The notes below the pieces were generated by a model, which was not told the origin of the DNA, searched no databases, and saw only the letters and a list, made by a program, of their open reading frames with translations. The translations under genes and the position numbers were made by a program. Source: an uncultured candidate division WWE3 bacterium (GTDB lineage Bacteria > Patescibacteriota > WWE3 > UBA101185 > UBA10185). From it: a DNA stretch of 64,000 bases. Positions 27,480 through 37,348 of the stretch are shown piece after piece (position 1 is the first letter of the stretch; every line of letters begins with the position of its first letter). The stretch lies in NCBI GenBank assembly GCA_903879985.1, contig CAIRNR010000007.1:649925-713924 (forward strand). The letters run 5' to 3'.

Positions 27480-30059
27480 ATGATATATAGCTACATAGGT
27501 CTAATTATTCTTTCAGTTTTAGCTGTTTTATTTATTGTTTATATGAGAATTCGCAAAACATCACCTTCGGAGTCTGCAGCACCGACTATACGAAAATCAG
27601 GTGTTGAGATACTTGAAGTACGTTTAAGTCGTAATGAAGAGGAATCTAAAATTCCGGGATTTTCGGCAATGTCTGCTGAAAACATGTTTGCAGCGTTACA
27701 TGGACTATTAAAAGATGATTCTAACAATCAAGAACATATATCTTTTGAAATAGTATCATCAGGTGCGCATGGTCTTAAATTTTTTGTTGCTGTCCCACCC
27801 AATATTTTAAAATTTGTCGAATCTCAGATTTATGCCCAATATCCTACTGCGGAAATTAAAGCGGTTGAGGATTACACGCGCAGTGTAGAAGTTACCGGTG
27901 AAAAATTTGAAATTGCTACAGTAACTCTGACTAAGCCAATTTATTTTCCAATTAAAAGTTTTAGAGATTTTGAAATAGATCCCATATCCTCACTAACATC
28001 AGCCTTATCTTCGGTTGCTGGAGAAGAGGAGATATGGATTCAGTTAATGGTAAAACCTATTCCTGATGTGTGGCAAAAAGAAGGTTTTACCTATGTTAAG
28101 ACATTACGTGATGGCGGAAATCCCTCGGCCAAAAACCCGAACTTTTTCCAGACAGTACTTTCTGTTGCGGGTAAGGAAGCTGGCGCTATAGCAGCAGGTA
28201 CATTATCTAATGCATTTAAATATCCTGAACCTGTTGATACCAGAAAACCAAGTGGTGGTGCACCCTTAGCTCCAAGAATTACAGGATCTCAAGAGTTGGA
28301 ATTAAGGGCTATTGAAAATAAGCTTTCCAAAATGGCGTACGAAGTAAATATTAGAGTTTTGGCCTGTGCGCCAAGTCAAGAAAGAGTAGATAGTAATATC
28401 CGTTCCGCGCTGGCTACATTCAGACAATACTCGACTATTAACTTAAATACCTTTACATACGGTGTTTCGTCCAACCATGCGCGATTATTAAGTGATTATA
28501 AAGGTAGATGTTTTGATTCAGGGAATAGCATCGTTTTAAACACTGAAGAACTCGCGACATTTTTTCATTTCCCAACCGGTGATTCTGATACGCCAAACAT
28601 GTCTTGGGTTTACTCTCGTAAATCAGAACCACCTGCAAATCTTCCTACGGACAACTGCTGTTTTATAGGCGAAACAATGTACCGAAACAAAAGAGTTAAG
28701 TTTGGTTTACGTAACGACGATGACCGTTTACGCCATTTATATGTAATAGGGAAATCAGGTACAGGTAAATCTACATTGTTTGAGTCAATGATTACACAGG
28801 ATATTGCTAACGGTGCAGGAGTTGGTGTTTTAGATCCCCACGGTGAAACAATAGAAAAGATTTTGGATAGAATTCCAGATAATAGAGTAGAGGATGTTAT
28901 TTACTTTGATCCATCCGACGCGGAAATGCCTATTGGCTTGAATCTGCTTGAAATAGACAATCCTTCTCAAAAGAATCTTATGGCTTCTGGATTAGTAGCA
29001 GCAATTAGACAGCACTTCGATTATTCATGGGGTCCTCGTTTGGAGTATTTACTTAACTACGCAATTTTAACGCTGCTAGAAGTTCCGGGAACTAACATGT
29101 TGGGTATCACGCGTTTGCTTGAGGATAAAAATTATCAGGCATATATATTGCATTCAGTTAAAGATCCTTTAGTGGTTAAGTTTTGGGAAACCGAGTTTAA
29201 AGAAATGAAGGGTAACCAAAAACTAGTAACTGAAGCTATTTCACCAATCCAAAACAAAGTTAACAGATTTTTGGCATCTACTACTATTAGAAATGTATTA
29301 GGCCAGAGACACTCTTCCTTGGACATTGAGGACGCAATGAACTCAAGTAAGATTCTATTAATCAATTTGTCTAAAGGTAAAATAGGAGGAGATAACGCAA
29401 ACTTGTTGGGTGCCTTACTTGTGTCGCGTATTCAATTTTATGCCTTACAACGTGCCAATTTGGCCCCTGAAAAGCGTAAACCGTTCTACTTGTATGTTGA
29501 TGAGTTTCAAAACTTTGCTACCGGAAGTTTTGAGGAAATTCTATCTGAATCACGAAAATACAAACTTGGATTATATTTAACCCATCAGTTTACGGCACAG
29601 CTTCCTGAAACCTTGTTAAAAGCAGTTTATGGTAACGTTGGAACTATCATGTCTTTTTCTTTAGGTGCGCCTGATGCTAAAGAATTGGCTAACGAATTTG
29701 CTCCATATTTTACCGCTGACGATATCATTTCACTTGAACGTTTTCATGTATATATGAAGCTAATGATTGACGGTATGACATCGCATCCGTTTTCTTCCAG
29801 AATTTTGGTACCTTGGGAAGATAACTTTTTGATTAAGAAAACAGATAATAGGGAGCGCGCTATTCAACGCAGTCGTGAGAAATATGGTACGCCAAGAGAG
29901 CATGTAGAGGCTAAGATAAACAAGTGGATAGAAACTAAATTTGACAAAGGTATGGCAATTGCTCAAGAATATAAGAGTAAGAATCCTGGTCAACCAGAAG
30001 CCCCTGTAACAGACTCTGGTACTTCGGTTACAATGAACTTACCGAACTCCGGGAATTAA
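27480..30059 (+). CDS. membrane-anchored P-loop ATPase, VirD4/TraD/TraG-like (type IV secretion/DNA-translocation coupling protein family)
   Basis: N-terminal TM helix, Walker A 'VIGKSGTGKSTLFESM' and Walker B 'FYLYVDEFQNF'. The C-terminal 'HQFTAQLPETLLKAVYGNVGTIMSF' resembles a TraD/TraG C-terminal region. Confidence 0.45.
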   Translation: MIYSYIGLIILSVLAVLFIVYMRIRKTSPSESAAPTIRKSGVEILEVRLSRNEEESKIPGFSAMSAENMFAALHGLLKDDSNNQEHISFEIVSSGAHGLKFFVAVPPNILKFVESQIYAQYPTAEIKAVEDYTRSVEVTGEKFEIATVTLTKPIYFPIKSFRDFEIDPISSLTSALSSVAGEEEIWIQLMVKPIPDVWQKEGFTYVKTLRDGGNPSAKNPNFFQTVLSVAGKEAGAIAAGTLSNAFKYPEPVDTRKPSGGAPLAPRITGSQELELRAIENKLSKMAYEVNIRVLACAPSQERVDSNIRSALATFRQYSTINLNTFTYGVSSNHARLLSDYKGRCFDSGNSIVLNTEELATFFHFPTGDSDTPNMSWVYSRKSEPPANLPTDNCCFIGETMYRNKRVKFGLRNDDDRLRHLYVIGKSGTGKSTLFESMITQDIANGAGVGVLDPHGETIEKILDRIPDNRVEDVIYFDPSDAEMPIGLNLLEIDNPSQKNLMASGLVAAIRQHFDYSWGPRLEYLLNYAILTLLEVPGTNMLGITRLLEDKNYQAYILHSVKDPLVVKFWETEFKEMKGNQKLVTEAISPIQNKVNRFLASTTIRNVLGQRHSSLDIEDAMNSSKILLINLSKGKIGGDNANLLGALLVSRIQFYALQRANLAPEKRKPFYLYVDEFQNFATGSFEEILSESRKYKLGLYLTHQFTAQLPETLLKAVYGNVGTIMSFSLGAPDAKELANEFAPYFTADDIISLERFHVYMKLMIDGMTSHPFSSRILVPWEDNFLIKKTDNRERAIQRSREKYGTPREHVEAKINKWIETKFDKGMAIAQEYKSKNPGQPEAPVTDSGTSVTMNLPNSGN

Positions 30060-30080
30060 TTTTTTTATAAAGGAGAAAAT

Positions 30081-30893
30081 ATGGAAAATGTTGAAACAAA
30101 TGAAAAGAGTTTAGATACGCTAAAAAGGCTTGTGTCAGCTGCGTACGTTAATATTGAGAAGATATCGCATATTATTGAAAAGATCGAACAGGAACAGAAG
30201 CGTGAGCTCTACAAGAGTATCCCAGGCATTGAGGGTACCTATGATGGTGCGTTTATGATTGCGGACGATGGTAAAAAATATGAGGTTCCAGCAAATTACG
30301 CAGCTAAATCAAGATTAGTATTTGGCGACCGTTTAAAGATGGTAGAAGAAGTAGGGAAGACTTTGTTCAAACAGCTCGATAAGGTTGCACGTAAAGACGT
30401 TGAAGGTGTTTTATCCAAAAAAGAAGGTAAATGGTATATCTTAACGGATGCAGGAACATTTAAGATTTCTGATGTTGCGGCTGAATTTAATAACGCTCAG
30501 TTAAACGAAAAAGCTATTGTTATTATTCCAGACGGAAATACCCCAGCTACATTTGCGGCATTAGACAAGATTATTCGTCCAGAAACTCAAAGTGTTTGGA
30601 AAGAAAAGCCAGCTTTTGTAAATAAACCTTATGTTAGACCTGCTACAGCAAGTGCTTCAGCACCAGCAGCAAAACCAGTGGTAGCAAAACCCGTAGCACC
30701 TGCGGTTGTACCTGCAGAAAGAAAAGCGTCTGTTGCACCAGTTCCAGCGCCAGCTCCTAAAAAAGACTTAGAAATTAAACCTGTGCGAAAACCTAAGGTA
30801 GAAGAATCACCAAAAGAGTTTATCGCAGATCTTGGTACTCCTGCTGCACAGCAAACAACACAATCTCTTTTAGATGACGACGATTTGCGTTAA
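30081..30893 (+). CDS. hypothetical protein with Ala/Pro/Lys-rich low-complexity C-terminus
   Basis: 'PAAKPVVAKPVAPAVVPAERKASVAPVPAPAPKK'. RBS AAAGGAGAA precedes the ATG. Confidence 0.45.
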   Translation: MENVETNEKSLDTLKRLVSAAYVNIEKISHIIEKIEQEQKRELYKSIPGIEGTYDGAFMIADDGKKYEVPANYAAKSRLVFGDRLKMVEEVGKTLFKQLDKVARKDVEGVLSKKEGKWYILTDAGTFKISDVAAEFNNAQLNEKAIVIIPDGNTPATFAALDKIIRPETQSVWKEKPAFVNKPYVRPATASASAPAAKPVVAKPVAPAVVPAERKASVAPVPAPAPKKDLEIKPVRKPKVEESPKEFIADLGTPAAQQTTQSLLDDDDLR

Positions 30894-30962
30894 TACTGAC
30901 AGCCGATACAAAATCAGCTAATGCTATTTAGATATGTGTTTTGTGAGTAGGGAATTATTTTA

Positions 30963-31718
30963 CTATTCTTCTACAACTACTTCCTCTTCTTCTTCTAGTT
31001 CCATGTCTTGATCATCTATGCCTTTTTTAATGTAAGGTCTAATATCTTGTCTTTCGGACTTAAATATAGCGATAGAGGATTTAACTAAAACAGTCGCATG
31101 TTTCTCTTTACCGCGAATATAACTGGCTTGTATGTGTCCGGATTTTTCAATGACTGAGTTTAACTTTTGAACAATTTCTTCGTTGTTAATCACACCCACC
31201 AAAACAGTAGAATCTTTTCGTATTTTATAAACTTCAACTTCATGTTTTTTTGGTTTTAATGTTAGTATTTCGCCGGCATAAAAATCGTTACTGGTAACAC
31301 CTTTGGCTGTGATTTCTAGCATCATTTCTCTTGTTGTGCCTGGTTCAATGAGTAAGGATTTTGTATCAATCTTAACTAAGATTTTGTTCTCAACGCGTCC
31401 TTTTTTAGCAATCTCAAAGTTTTTTAGCGCAACGGTGTTAATTGGGTCAACTTTAAGGACTTCTCTAAACACTTTTTTAGCTTTGTCGAATTTTTTGGTT
31501 TGGATTAAGGCTCTGCCTAGGCGGATTTTGGCTTCTATGTTTTCAGGGTAAACATCTAGAATTCTGGTGTTAATTTCTACAGCTGTTTCCCAGTCGGATT
31601 TAAGAGCGGCGTCGATAGCCTTTTTATTAAGAACAGCTAGGCTGATTTGCATGCCTACAAGCATATAAAATATTGAGTTTTTGTCAATGGGAAAGATGCG
31701 TGCTAATATATAAAGCAT
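30963..31718 (-). CDS. TPR-repeat protein with C-terminal acidic tail
   Basis: TPR-like helices 'IEAKIRLGRALIQTKKFDKAKKVFREVLKVDP', ending 'EEEEEVVVEE'. Confidence 0.45.
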   Translation of the reverse strand: MLYILARIFPIDKNSIFYMLVGMQISLAVLNKKAIDAALKSDWETAVEINTRILDVYPENIEAKIRLGRALIQTKKFDKAKKVFREVLKVDPINTVALKNFEIAKKGRVENKILVKIDTKSLLIEPGTTREMMLEITAKGVTSNDFYAGEILTLKPKKHEVEVYKIRKDSTVLVGVINNEEIVQKLNSVIEKSGHIQASYIRGKEKHATVLVKSSIAIFKSERQDIRPYIKKGIDDQDMELEEEEEVVVEE

Positions 31719-32259
31719 GTCAGGTCACTCAAAATGGGCAAACATAAAAAGGAAAAAAGAAGTTACAGACGCTAAACGGGGCAAAATATTTTCAAAAATC
31801 AGTCGTTTAATTACAGTTGCAGCAAAAAATGGTCCAGATGTGGATTCTAACCCGTCACTAAGGCTTGCGGTTGAAAAGGCTAAAGAAGAGCGCATGCCAA
31901 AAGAAAATATAGAACGTGCAATAGCAAAAGGTTCCGGTCAAGGAGGTGGCGTTACTTTCCAGGAAATTATTTTAGAGGGGTTTGGTCCAAACGGAGAAGC
32001 ATTTTACATTACGGCTTTAACAGATAATCACAATCGTACTGTTGGTGAAATTAGAAATATTTTCCATAAAGCTGGTGGTTCTATGGGTGGCGCGGGAAGT
32101 ACTGCTTATATATTTGCTGATCCGGAAAACCCAGTATTTACACTAGATATTACAGATGAATCTTTAGCTACACGCCTGGAGAATTTATACGAAGAAATTG
32201 AAGATAATGACGACGTTCAGGAAATCCTCATAAATTTCGTATTACCAGAACAAGAATGA
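31717..32259 (+). CDS. yebC: YebC/PmpR-family (TACO1-like) protein, short form
   Basis: 'MSGHSKWANIKRKK...' is the N-terminal domain, and 'DNHNRTVGEIRNIFHKAGGSMGGAGSTAYIF' is also present. At 180 aa it is about 60 aa shorter than typical. Confidence 0.75.
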   Translation: MSGHSKWANIKRKKEVTDAKRGKIFSKISRLITVAAKNGPDVDSNPSLRLAVEKAKEERMPKENIERAIAKGSGQGGGVTFQEIILEGFGPNGEAFYITALTDNHNRTVGEIRNIFHKAGGSMGGAGSTAYIFADPENPVFTLDITDESLATRLENLYEEIEDNDDVQEILINFVLPEQE

Positions 32260-32741
32260 TCATTTTAGGAATTGATCCAGGTACAGCGCGAATGGGCTAT
32301 GGCCTTATTGAGGTATCCGGAAAGAAAAAAGTTTCCCTAATTACTTGCGATGTTTTAATTACTCATCCCGATTTAGATCAACACCACAGATTAAAATTTT
32401 TATATAATGAGTTATTGCGTTTGATAAAAGAGTTCTCGCCAAAAACTATGGTCGTGGAAAAATTATTTTTTAACACAAACGTTCGTACGGCAATGACAGT
32501 TGGTCAGGCGCGCGGTATAACATTACTTGCGGCGTCAACTAAAAAGATGGATCTGTTTGAATACACTGCTTTGGAAGCTAAAATGGCCTTAACCGGTTAT
32601 GGCCGCTCCGATAAAAAACAAATGCAGGAGGCGGTTAAAGAATATTTTAACTTGCCCCAGATTGTTAAATCGGATGATGCAAATGATGCAGTAGCGATGG
32701 CGCTATGCTATCTTAAAAAAGACTATGAAAAGCTTGCTTAA
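32256..32741 (+). CDS. ruvC: Holliday junction resolvase RuvC
   Basis: 'MIILGIDPGTARMGYGLIE' carries the catalytic Asp. 'VVEKLFF' and 'DANDAVAMALCYL' are also present. Confidence 0.85.
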   Translation: MIILGIDPGTARMGYGLIEVSGKKKVSLITCDVLITHPDLDQHHRLKFLYNELLRLIKEFSPKTMVVEKLFFNTNVRTAMTVGQARGITLLAASTKKMDLFEYTALEAKMALTGYGRSDKKQMQEAVKEYFNLPQIVKSDDANDAVAMALCYLKKDYEKLA

Positions 32742-33534
32742 GGTACAAATTGATAAAAGGTTACGTTACCTAATACAAACATTAATTGTAGTAGGATTTA
32801 TTTATTTATTTGCTATCGTCGGTTTAGATTTTTCGTTGCCTATTTTAATTTTAGCCGTTTTAGTTATTGTTGCACTTGGTTCAGTTATTACTCATTTTCC
32901 AAATATTAAGCCGGTCAATTTTTTTGTAAGTATTCTGATGCCTATCAGCGTTATTACCGGGGCACTATTATCGTTTAAATATTTTCCTAATTTAGGTTTT
33001 TATTTTAAATTATTTATTATTTTTGGATTTGGTTTTTTGTATTATTTAGTTTCGTTAATGGATAATGTTTTTTTGGTTATTCAGGATAGGGCAGAGATAA
33101 TTCCGTTATATAGAGTAGCTGTCACCTGGAGTTTGATTTTACAAGTGGTTATCGCAATTCCGTTGTTCGCCGGAATTTTTAAGTTAAATTTAGATGGTAT
33201 ATATCAATCTTTAATTATTGGAACATTAGCATTTGTGTTTAATTTATATCAATTGTGGGCATTACAGTTTGATGACGATGCTAAAAATCCTAAAGTAGGG
33301 GAGATAATTTTTTTATCAACGGTAGTATTCTTTTTGAACGCTGCTGCTTGTTTAATGACATCTTTTTTGCCTATGGAATCGTTTTTAAGAGCACTTTTTT
33401 TGGCTTCGGTGCTTATGTTTTCACTGGTTTACGTTAGTGGCCACCTTAAAAATGAGATTTCAAAGAAATTTATAACCCAATACATCATTTATATTATTAT
33501 TTTTGCATTGATAATGATTGTTTTCACCCCCTAA
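32725..33534 (+). CDS. hypothetical polytopic membrane protein
   Basis: About 8 hydrophobic helices, no motif. Confidence 0.4.
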   Translation: MKSLLKVQIDKRLRYLIQTLIVVGFIYLFAIVGLDFSLPILILAVLVIVALGSVITHFPNIKPVNFFVSILMPISVITGALLSFKYFPNLGFYFKLFIIFGFGFLYYLVSLMDNVFLVIQDRAEIIPLYRVAVTWSLILQVVIAIPLFAGIFKLNLDGIYQSLIIGTLAFVFNLYQLWALQFDDDAKNPKVGEIIFLSTVVFFLNAAACLMTSFLPMESFLRALFLASVLMFSLVYVSGHLKNEISKKFITQYIIYIIIFALIMIVFTP

Positions 33535-34284
33535 TTTGTTTTAGCTGCGCCAAGAAAGGGGAGTGGAGTAGGTGTTTTTTCCAAAATCTTTAGCACGCTA
33601 TAGGGTCAAGTGATAAACTATAGGGTCGTTTGTCATATATCCTGTAGTATGATTGTCATAGTTTTCGTTCATAACTGACTGTACAGTACTATTGTTGGTT
33701 ATGTATATGTTGTAGCTACGGCAAATAAGGAGGGTTGTCATACATTAGGGGAGGCAAGGTGTGGATAAGTCCCGTAACAGCTTTATATACAAAGAATTAA
33801 GTCGAAATAAAGTTGGGCGAGCAAATAGAATTTTATTTTTCTCTTAATTAATTATTTAACGCAATTACTATTTAATTAACTTCGAATTAAACGCAAATTA
33901 GTTATATCTTTCTACTCTCTGGTTTATTAGTGTCCATTATTGGTGTTTATTGCTGTTAAGCCTTAAATTAGATACGCAACGTCGTTAAACATACATTATA
34001 CGACGTGTAACGTATAGGGATTTTGGATTACTCTTCTTAATTCGCATCATTACTTTTTAAAAGTTTTATTCTTTGTTTTATTTTTATTAATTAATAACTA
34101 ATTAATTCCCAATTGGATTTTATTTTTTTCTATTTCCCTATTCTATTGTTTTTAGGTCCTGCGGTTTATGTGCGCCCTTTGTGCGGTTTTTACCTGATAT
34201 GCCCAAATTTGCCATATTTCTCTATTTTGGTAGACTGTCACTTAATAAAACGCCTATATCTATAAGGAAAGGAGAAAATAAGCT

Positions 34285-34620
34285 ATGGAAGCCTCGTGGA
34301 TAGCCTCTGGTGAACGCTTGGCCGTTAATAGCAAAGGTAAACGTGTCGAGTTTAATATCGTGCAGTACTGTGTAGACACGACCAACAATCGCGTAGTGTT
34401 CAGCCTTATGCGCAACGACAGACCGTTTAAACTGAGCTATATAAAAGATATGAAATTGTACGATGCTGCAGCGCGGTTGTTACGCTACAAAGCACTTTCA
34501 TATTGTGTAATGGGAGTTTCACCTGAACAAGTAAATAAGATTCAGGCTGAAGCTAAAGATCTGCTTATTCAAGGAAAAATTTATGTGGCAGTTTGTTGGG
34601 AAGTTTCAGTTTGTAAGTAA
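34285..34620 (+). CDS. hypothetical protein (111 aa)
   Basis: RBS AAAGGAGAAAA precedes the ATG. It follows a 750-bp AT-rich gap. No motif. Confidence 0.4.
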   Translation: MEASWIASGERLAVNSKGKRVEFNIVQYCVDTTNNRVVFSLMRNDRPFKLSYIKDMKLYDAAARLLRYKALSYCVMGVSPEQVNKIQAEAKDLLIQGKIYVAVCWEVSVCK

Positions 34621-34753
34621 CAAGATCCGCTTTTTGCAATTTTATTGTGAGAGCGGATTATTTTTTTGGTCTTGAAGTAAAATGTTATTGCTGTTACAAT
34701 AAAAACAGGCTGTGAGGCTTTAAAATGCCCTACAATCGATTTTTGAAATAAAG

Positions 34754-35827
34754 ATGACTAAAGTATCACTTAACTCAAACATACAGGAAGTAATCTTAAA
34801 ATATTTGGAGTATTGCGAGATCGAAAAGAACCTTTCCCAAAATACTATCAAAATGTACTTCTTTTATTTAACAGATTTTTCCACTTGGTTGCAGGGTTAC
34901 ATAAATAAAGAAATTGTTACACTTGGTGACATTAATGATGAACTTGTAAAAAAATACAGATTGGATCTGAATCGTCGTATAAGTACAAAATCTAACTCGG
35001 AATACAAGCGCTCCACACAAAAAACATTTTTAGTAGCATTACGTGCGTTTCTAAAATACTTAGTTATTGAAGAAGATGCGTCTGTTATGTCGCCGGAGCA
35101 AATAATTTTAGGTAAATCAGAAGACCGTGTGCCAAAGTTTTTAAATGACGGACAATTAGAGAAATTGGTAGATGTTCAGGACTTAAGTAAAAGATCGGGT
35201 TTACGCGATCGTTCTATACTGGAAACCTTGTTTAGTACAGGGCTTCGTGTCAGCGAGCTTGTGCATTTGAACAGAGATGACATTAATTTAGATTCAGGTG
35301 AGTTTACTGTTATAGGTAAAGGAAGAAAGGCGCGCACGGTTTATTTATCTACAGGAGCTATTAATTGGATTAAGAAATATTTGGGCACACGTTCAGACCC
35401 ATTTAAGCCCTTATTCATTAGATATTCCGGTTGTCACATGGCTGAAAAAGATTATGACGGTAATTCTATAAGACTTACATCACGAAGCGTGGAACGACTG
35501 GTAAAAAAGTATGTTGGCAAAAGCGGTATCTCGGTTGATGCCACGCCTCACACACTTCGTCATACTTATGCAACAGGATTATTACGTGAAGGTGCTGATT
35601 TAAGAAGTGTTCAAGAGCTATTAGGCCACGCAAATGTTTCTACCACGCAGATTTATACTCATGTAACCAACACTCAGCTTCGTGAAGTACATAAGAAATT
35701 TCATAAAGATATTGATGTTAAGCGGAAAAATTACGACATTGTTCCGGAAGCAGATGGCCGTAATGTTGGTGATGATGGCAAGGATACCTTAGGATCTACT
35801 AGCGACGAAGTTTCCTCTTTGATATAA
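34754..35827 (+). CDS. xerC: tyrosine recombinase, XerC/XerD family
   Basis: N-terminal SAM-like 'EKNLSQNTIKMYFFYLTDFSTWL'. Catalytic 'GLRVSEL' (Arg), 'HTLRHTYAT' (H-x-x-R) and 'LLGHANVSTTQIYTHV' (His/Tyr). Confidence 0.75.
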   Translation: MTKVSLNSNIQEVILKYLEYCEIEKNLSQNTIKMYFFYLTDFSTWLQGYINKEIVTLGDINDELVKKYRLDLNRRISTKSNSEYKRSTQKTFLVALRAFLKYLVIEEDASVMSPEQIILGKSEDRVPKFLNDGQLEKLVDVQDLSKRSGLRDRSILETLFSTGLRVSELVHLNRDDINLDSGEFTVIGKGRKARTVYLSTGAINWIKKYLGTRSDPFKPLFIRYSGCHMAEKDYDGNSIRLTSRSVERLVKKYVGKSGISVDATPHTLRHTYATGLLREGADLRSVQELLGHANVSTTQIYTHVTNTQLREVHKKFHKDIDVKRKNYDIVPEADGRNVGDDGKDTLGSTSDEVSSLI

Positions 35828-35883
35828 CTAAAAACTAATAGGACGTTTTGGTATACTAACCGAAAACGAAAGGAGTTGTTTAA

Positions 35884-36171
35884 ATGAAACCTGGTGTGGT
35901 ATTCGATATGCCTGTTTCAGTACTATTTGGTAAGAGCCCTGTTAAGTTTACAGGCTACACAGCTTTTGATGATGGAGTTATTTGGGTGATTTTTGATCAT
36001 GATTACCCAACCTTATCTCAGAAGCAAAAGGCTAAGGTGCTAATCGTAGCCAAAATTATGCTCACCAATTTGTCAAACGACCAAAAACTTCCTGGTTTGG
36101 ATGTTAATGTCTGTTTGCACGAAATGGTTCAGCCTGGTTTGGTGCATATAAAATATAAAAAGTTGGAATGA
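35884..36171 (+). CDS. hypothetical protein (95 aa)
   Basis: RBS AAAGGAG precedes the ATG. No motif. Confidence 0.35.
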   Translation: MKPGVVFDMPVSVLFGKSPVKFTGYTAFDDGVIWVIFDHDYPTLSQKQKAKVLIVAKIMLTNLSNDQKLPGLDVNVCLHEMVQPGLVHIKYKKLE

Positions 36172-36241
36172 TAACGTTTTGTTTGGTACTGGAGATTGTC
36201 GCTATTTTTGTAACGGCAATCTCCATTTTTTGAACTTAAGC

Positions 36242-36592
36242 TTATTTGGATTTGGTTGTATGTTTGCGCTGGAGTTTTTTATCCATATATGTCGTAACTC
36301 GTATCTTTACAACGCCCTCCAAAGATTTTTCCGGATCATCTGGCGGCCATCCTTCTTTGTTCAGAAATTGCACAATATATCCGGCGGTTGTTAACGTTTT
36401 TCCGATTTTACGCAAATAAAGTTCCGGGGTTGTAATCGGGAGTCTGATCACAGCTATTTCGATTTGTATTGTTGGAGTGCCTTGTAACACCGTTATTGGC
36501 GCATTTTCCAGCCTCTTTTGGATTATATCGAGCGCTTCCCTTATTCCGGACGATGCATTTTTGATTTCCCATAAATCCTTTGCAGGTAACAT
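36242..36592 (-). CDS. hypothetical protein (116 aa) downstream of rnhB
   Basis: A minus-strand GAGAGG RBS lies 6 nt before the ATG. Same strand and close spacing to rnhB. Confidence 0.4.
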   Translation of the reverse strand: MLPAKDLWEIKNASSGIREALDIIQKRLENAPITVLQGTPTIQIEIAVIRLPITTPELYLRKIGKTLTTAGYIVQFLNKEGWPPDDPEKSLEGVVKIRVTTYMDKKLQRKHTTKSK

Positions 36593-36653
36593 GATTTCCT
36601 CTCATTTCTTTTTATTATTGTTGGTGATTATTGTGCAAAATTATAGCATAAGC

Positions 36654-37316
36654 CTAAAGTAGCATTGATCTGATAGGTTCAAAGCTTTTGCGGTGGATTT
36701 CGCAAATGCCGTGAGCCTTAATAGCGTCCATATGTGCCTTAGTTCCGTAGCCTTTATGTTTATCAAAGCCGTATTCCGGGTATTTGTCGTGAAGTTCACA
36801 CATTTTTCTGTCTCTATAAACTTTAGCAATTATCGATGCCGCGGCAATGGTCATGCTTTTTGAGTCTCCTTTAGCCATAAACGACTGGTTGTCGTGGGTA
36901 ATTTTTTTGATTTCAAAGCCGTCTACTAAAACATGTTGAGGCTTAACTTTTAGGTTTGTCACAGCTTGGTAAAAAGCTTCTTGAGTTGTTTTTGAAATGC
37001 CCCATTCGTCCAATTGAGTTACAGGTATTTCAATAATAGAGTAACTGACAGCGTTTTCGATGATAAATTTAGACAATATTTCTCTATTTTTTTCGGTTAC
37101 TTTTTTGGAATCGTTGATTAGTTTGTATAGTCCGAAATTTTGATGTGGGACGTCGTTAAACGTAAATTCGGCGCTCAGCAGCTTTTCCAAGTCCAAAATA
37201 ACAGCTGCTGCCACAAACGGTCCAGCCAATGGTCCCCTACCCACTTCATCAACTCCTGCAATAAATTTTATGCCTCGTGCAAATAATTCTCTTTCATAAG
37301 ATAACAAATCATTCAT
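36654..37316 (-). CDS. rnhB: ribonuclease HII
   Basis: 'FIAGVDEVGRGPLAGPFVAAAVIL' matches the DEVGRG active-site motif. Confidence 0.85.
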   Translation of the reverse strand: MNDLLSYERELFARGIKFIAGVDEVGRGPLAGPFVAAAVILDLEKLLSAEFTFNDVPHQNFGLYKLINDSKKVTEKNREILSKFIIENAVSYSIIEIPVTQLDEWGISKTTQEAFYQAVTNLKVKPQHVLVDGFEIKKITHDNQSFMAKGDSKSMTIAAASIIAKVYRDRKMCELHDKYPEYGFDKHKGYGTKAHMDAIKAHGICEIHRKSFEPIRSMLL

Positions 37317-37348
37317 GGGATAAAGTTTAACACGTTATTTATTTTGGA

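Noticed and set aside
36179-36662. Several short overlapping + strand ORFs (71, 61 aa) and a 65-aa minus-strand ORF between the 95-aa gene and rnhB
   Set aside because: They overlap the better-supported minus-strand 116-aa gene, which has an RBS and tight spacing to rnhB, and they are low-complexity.
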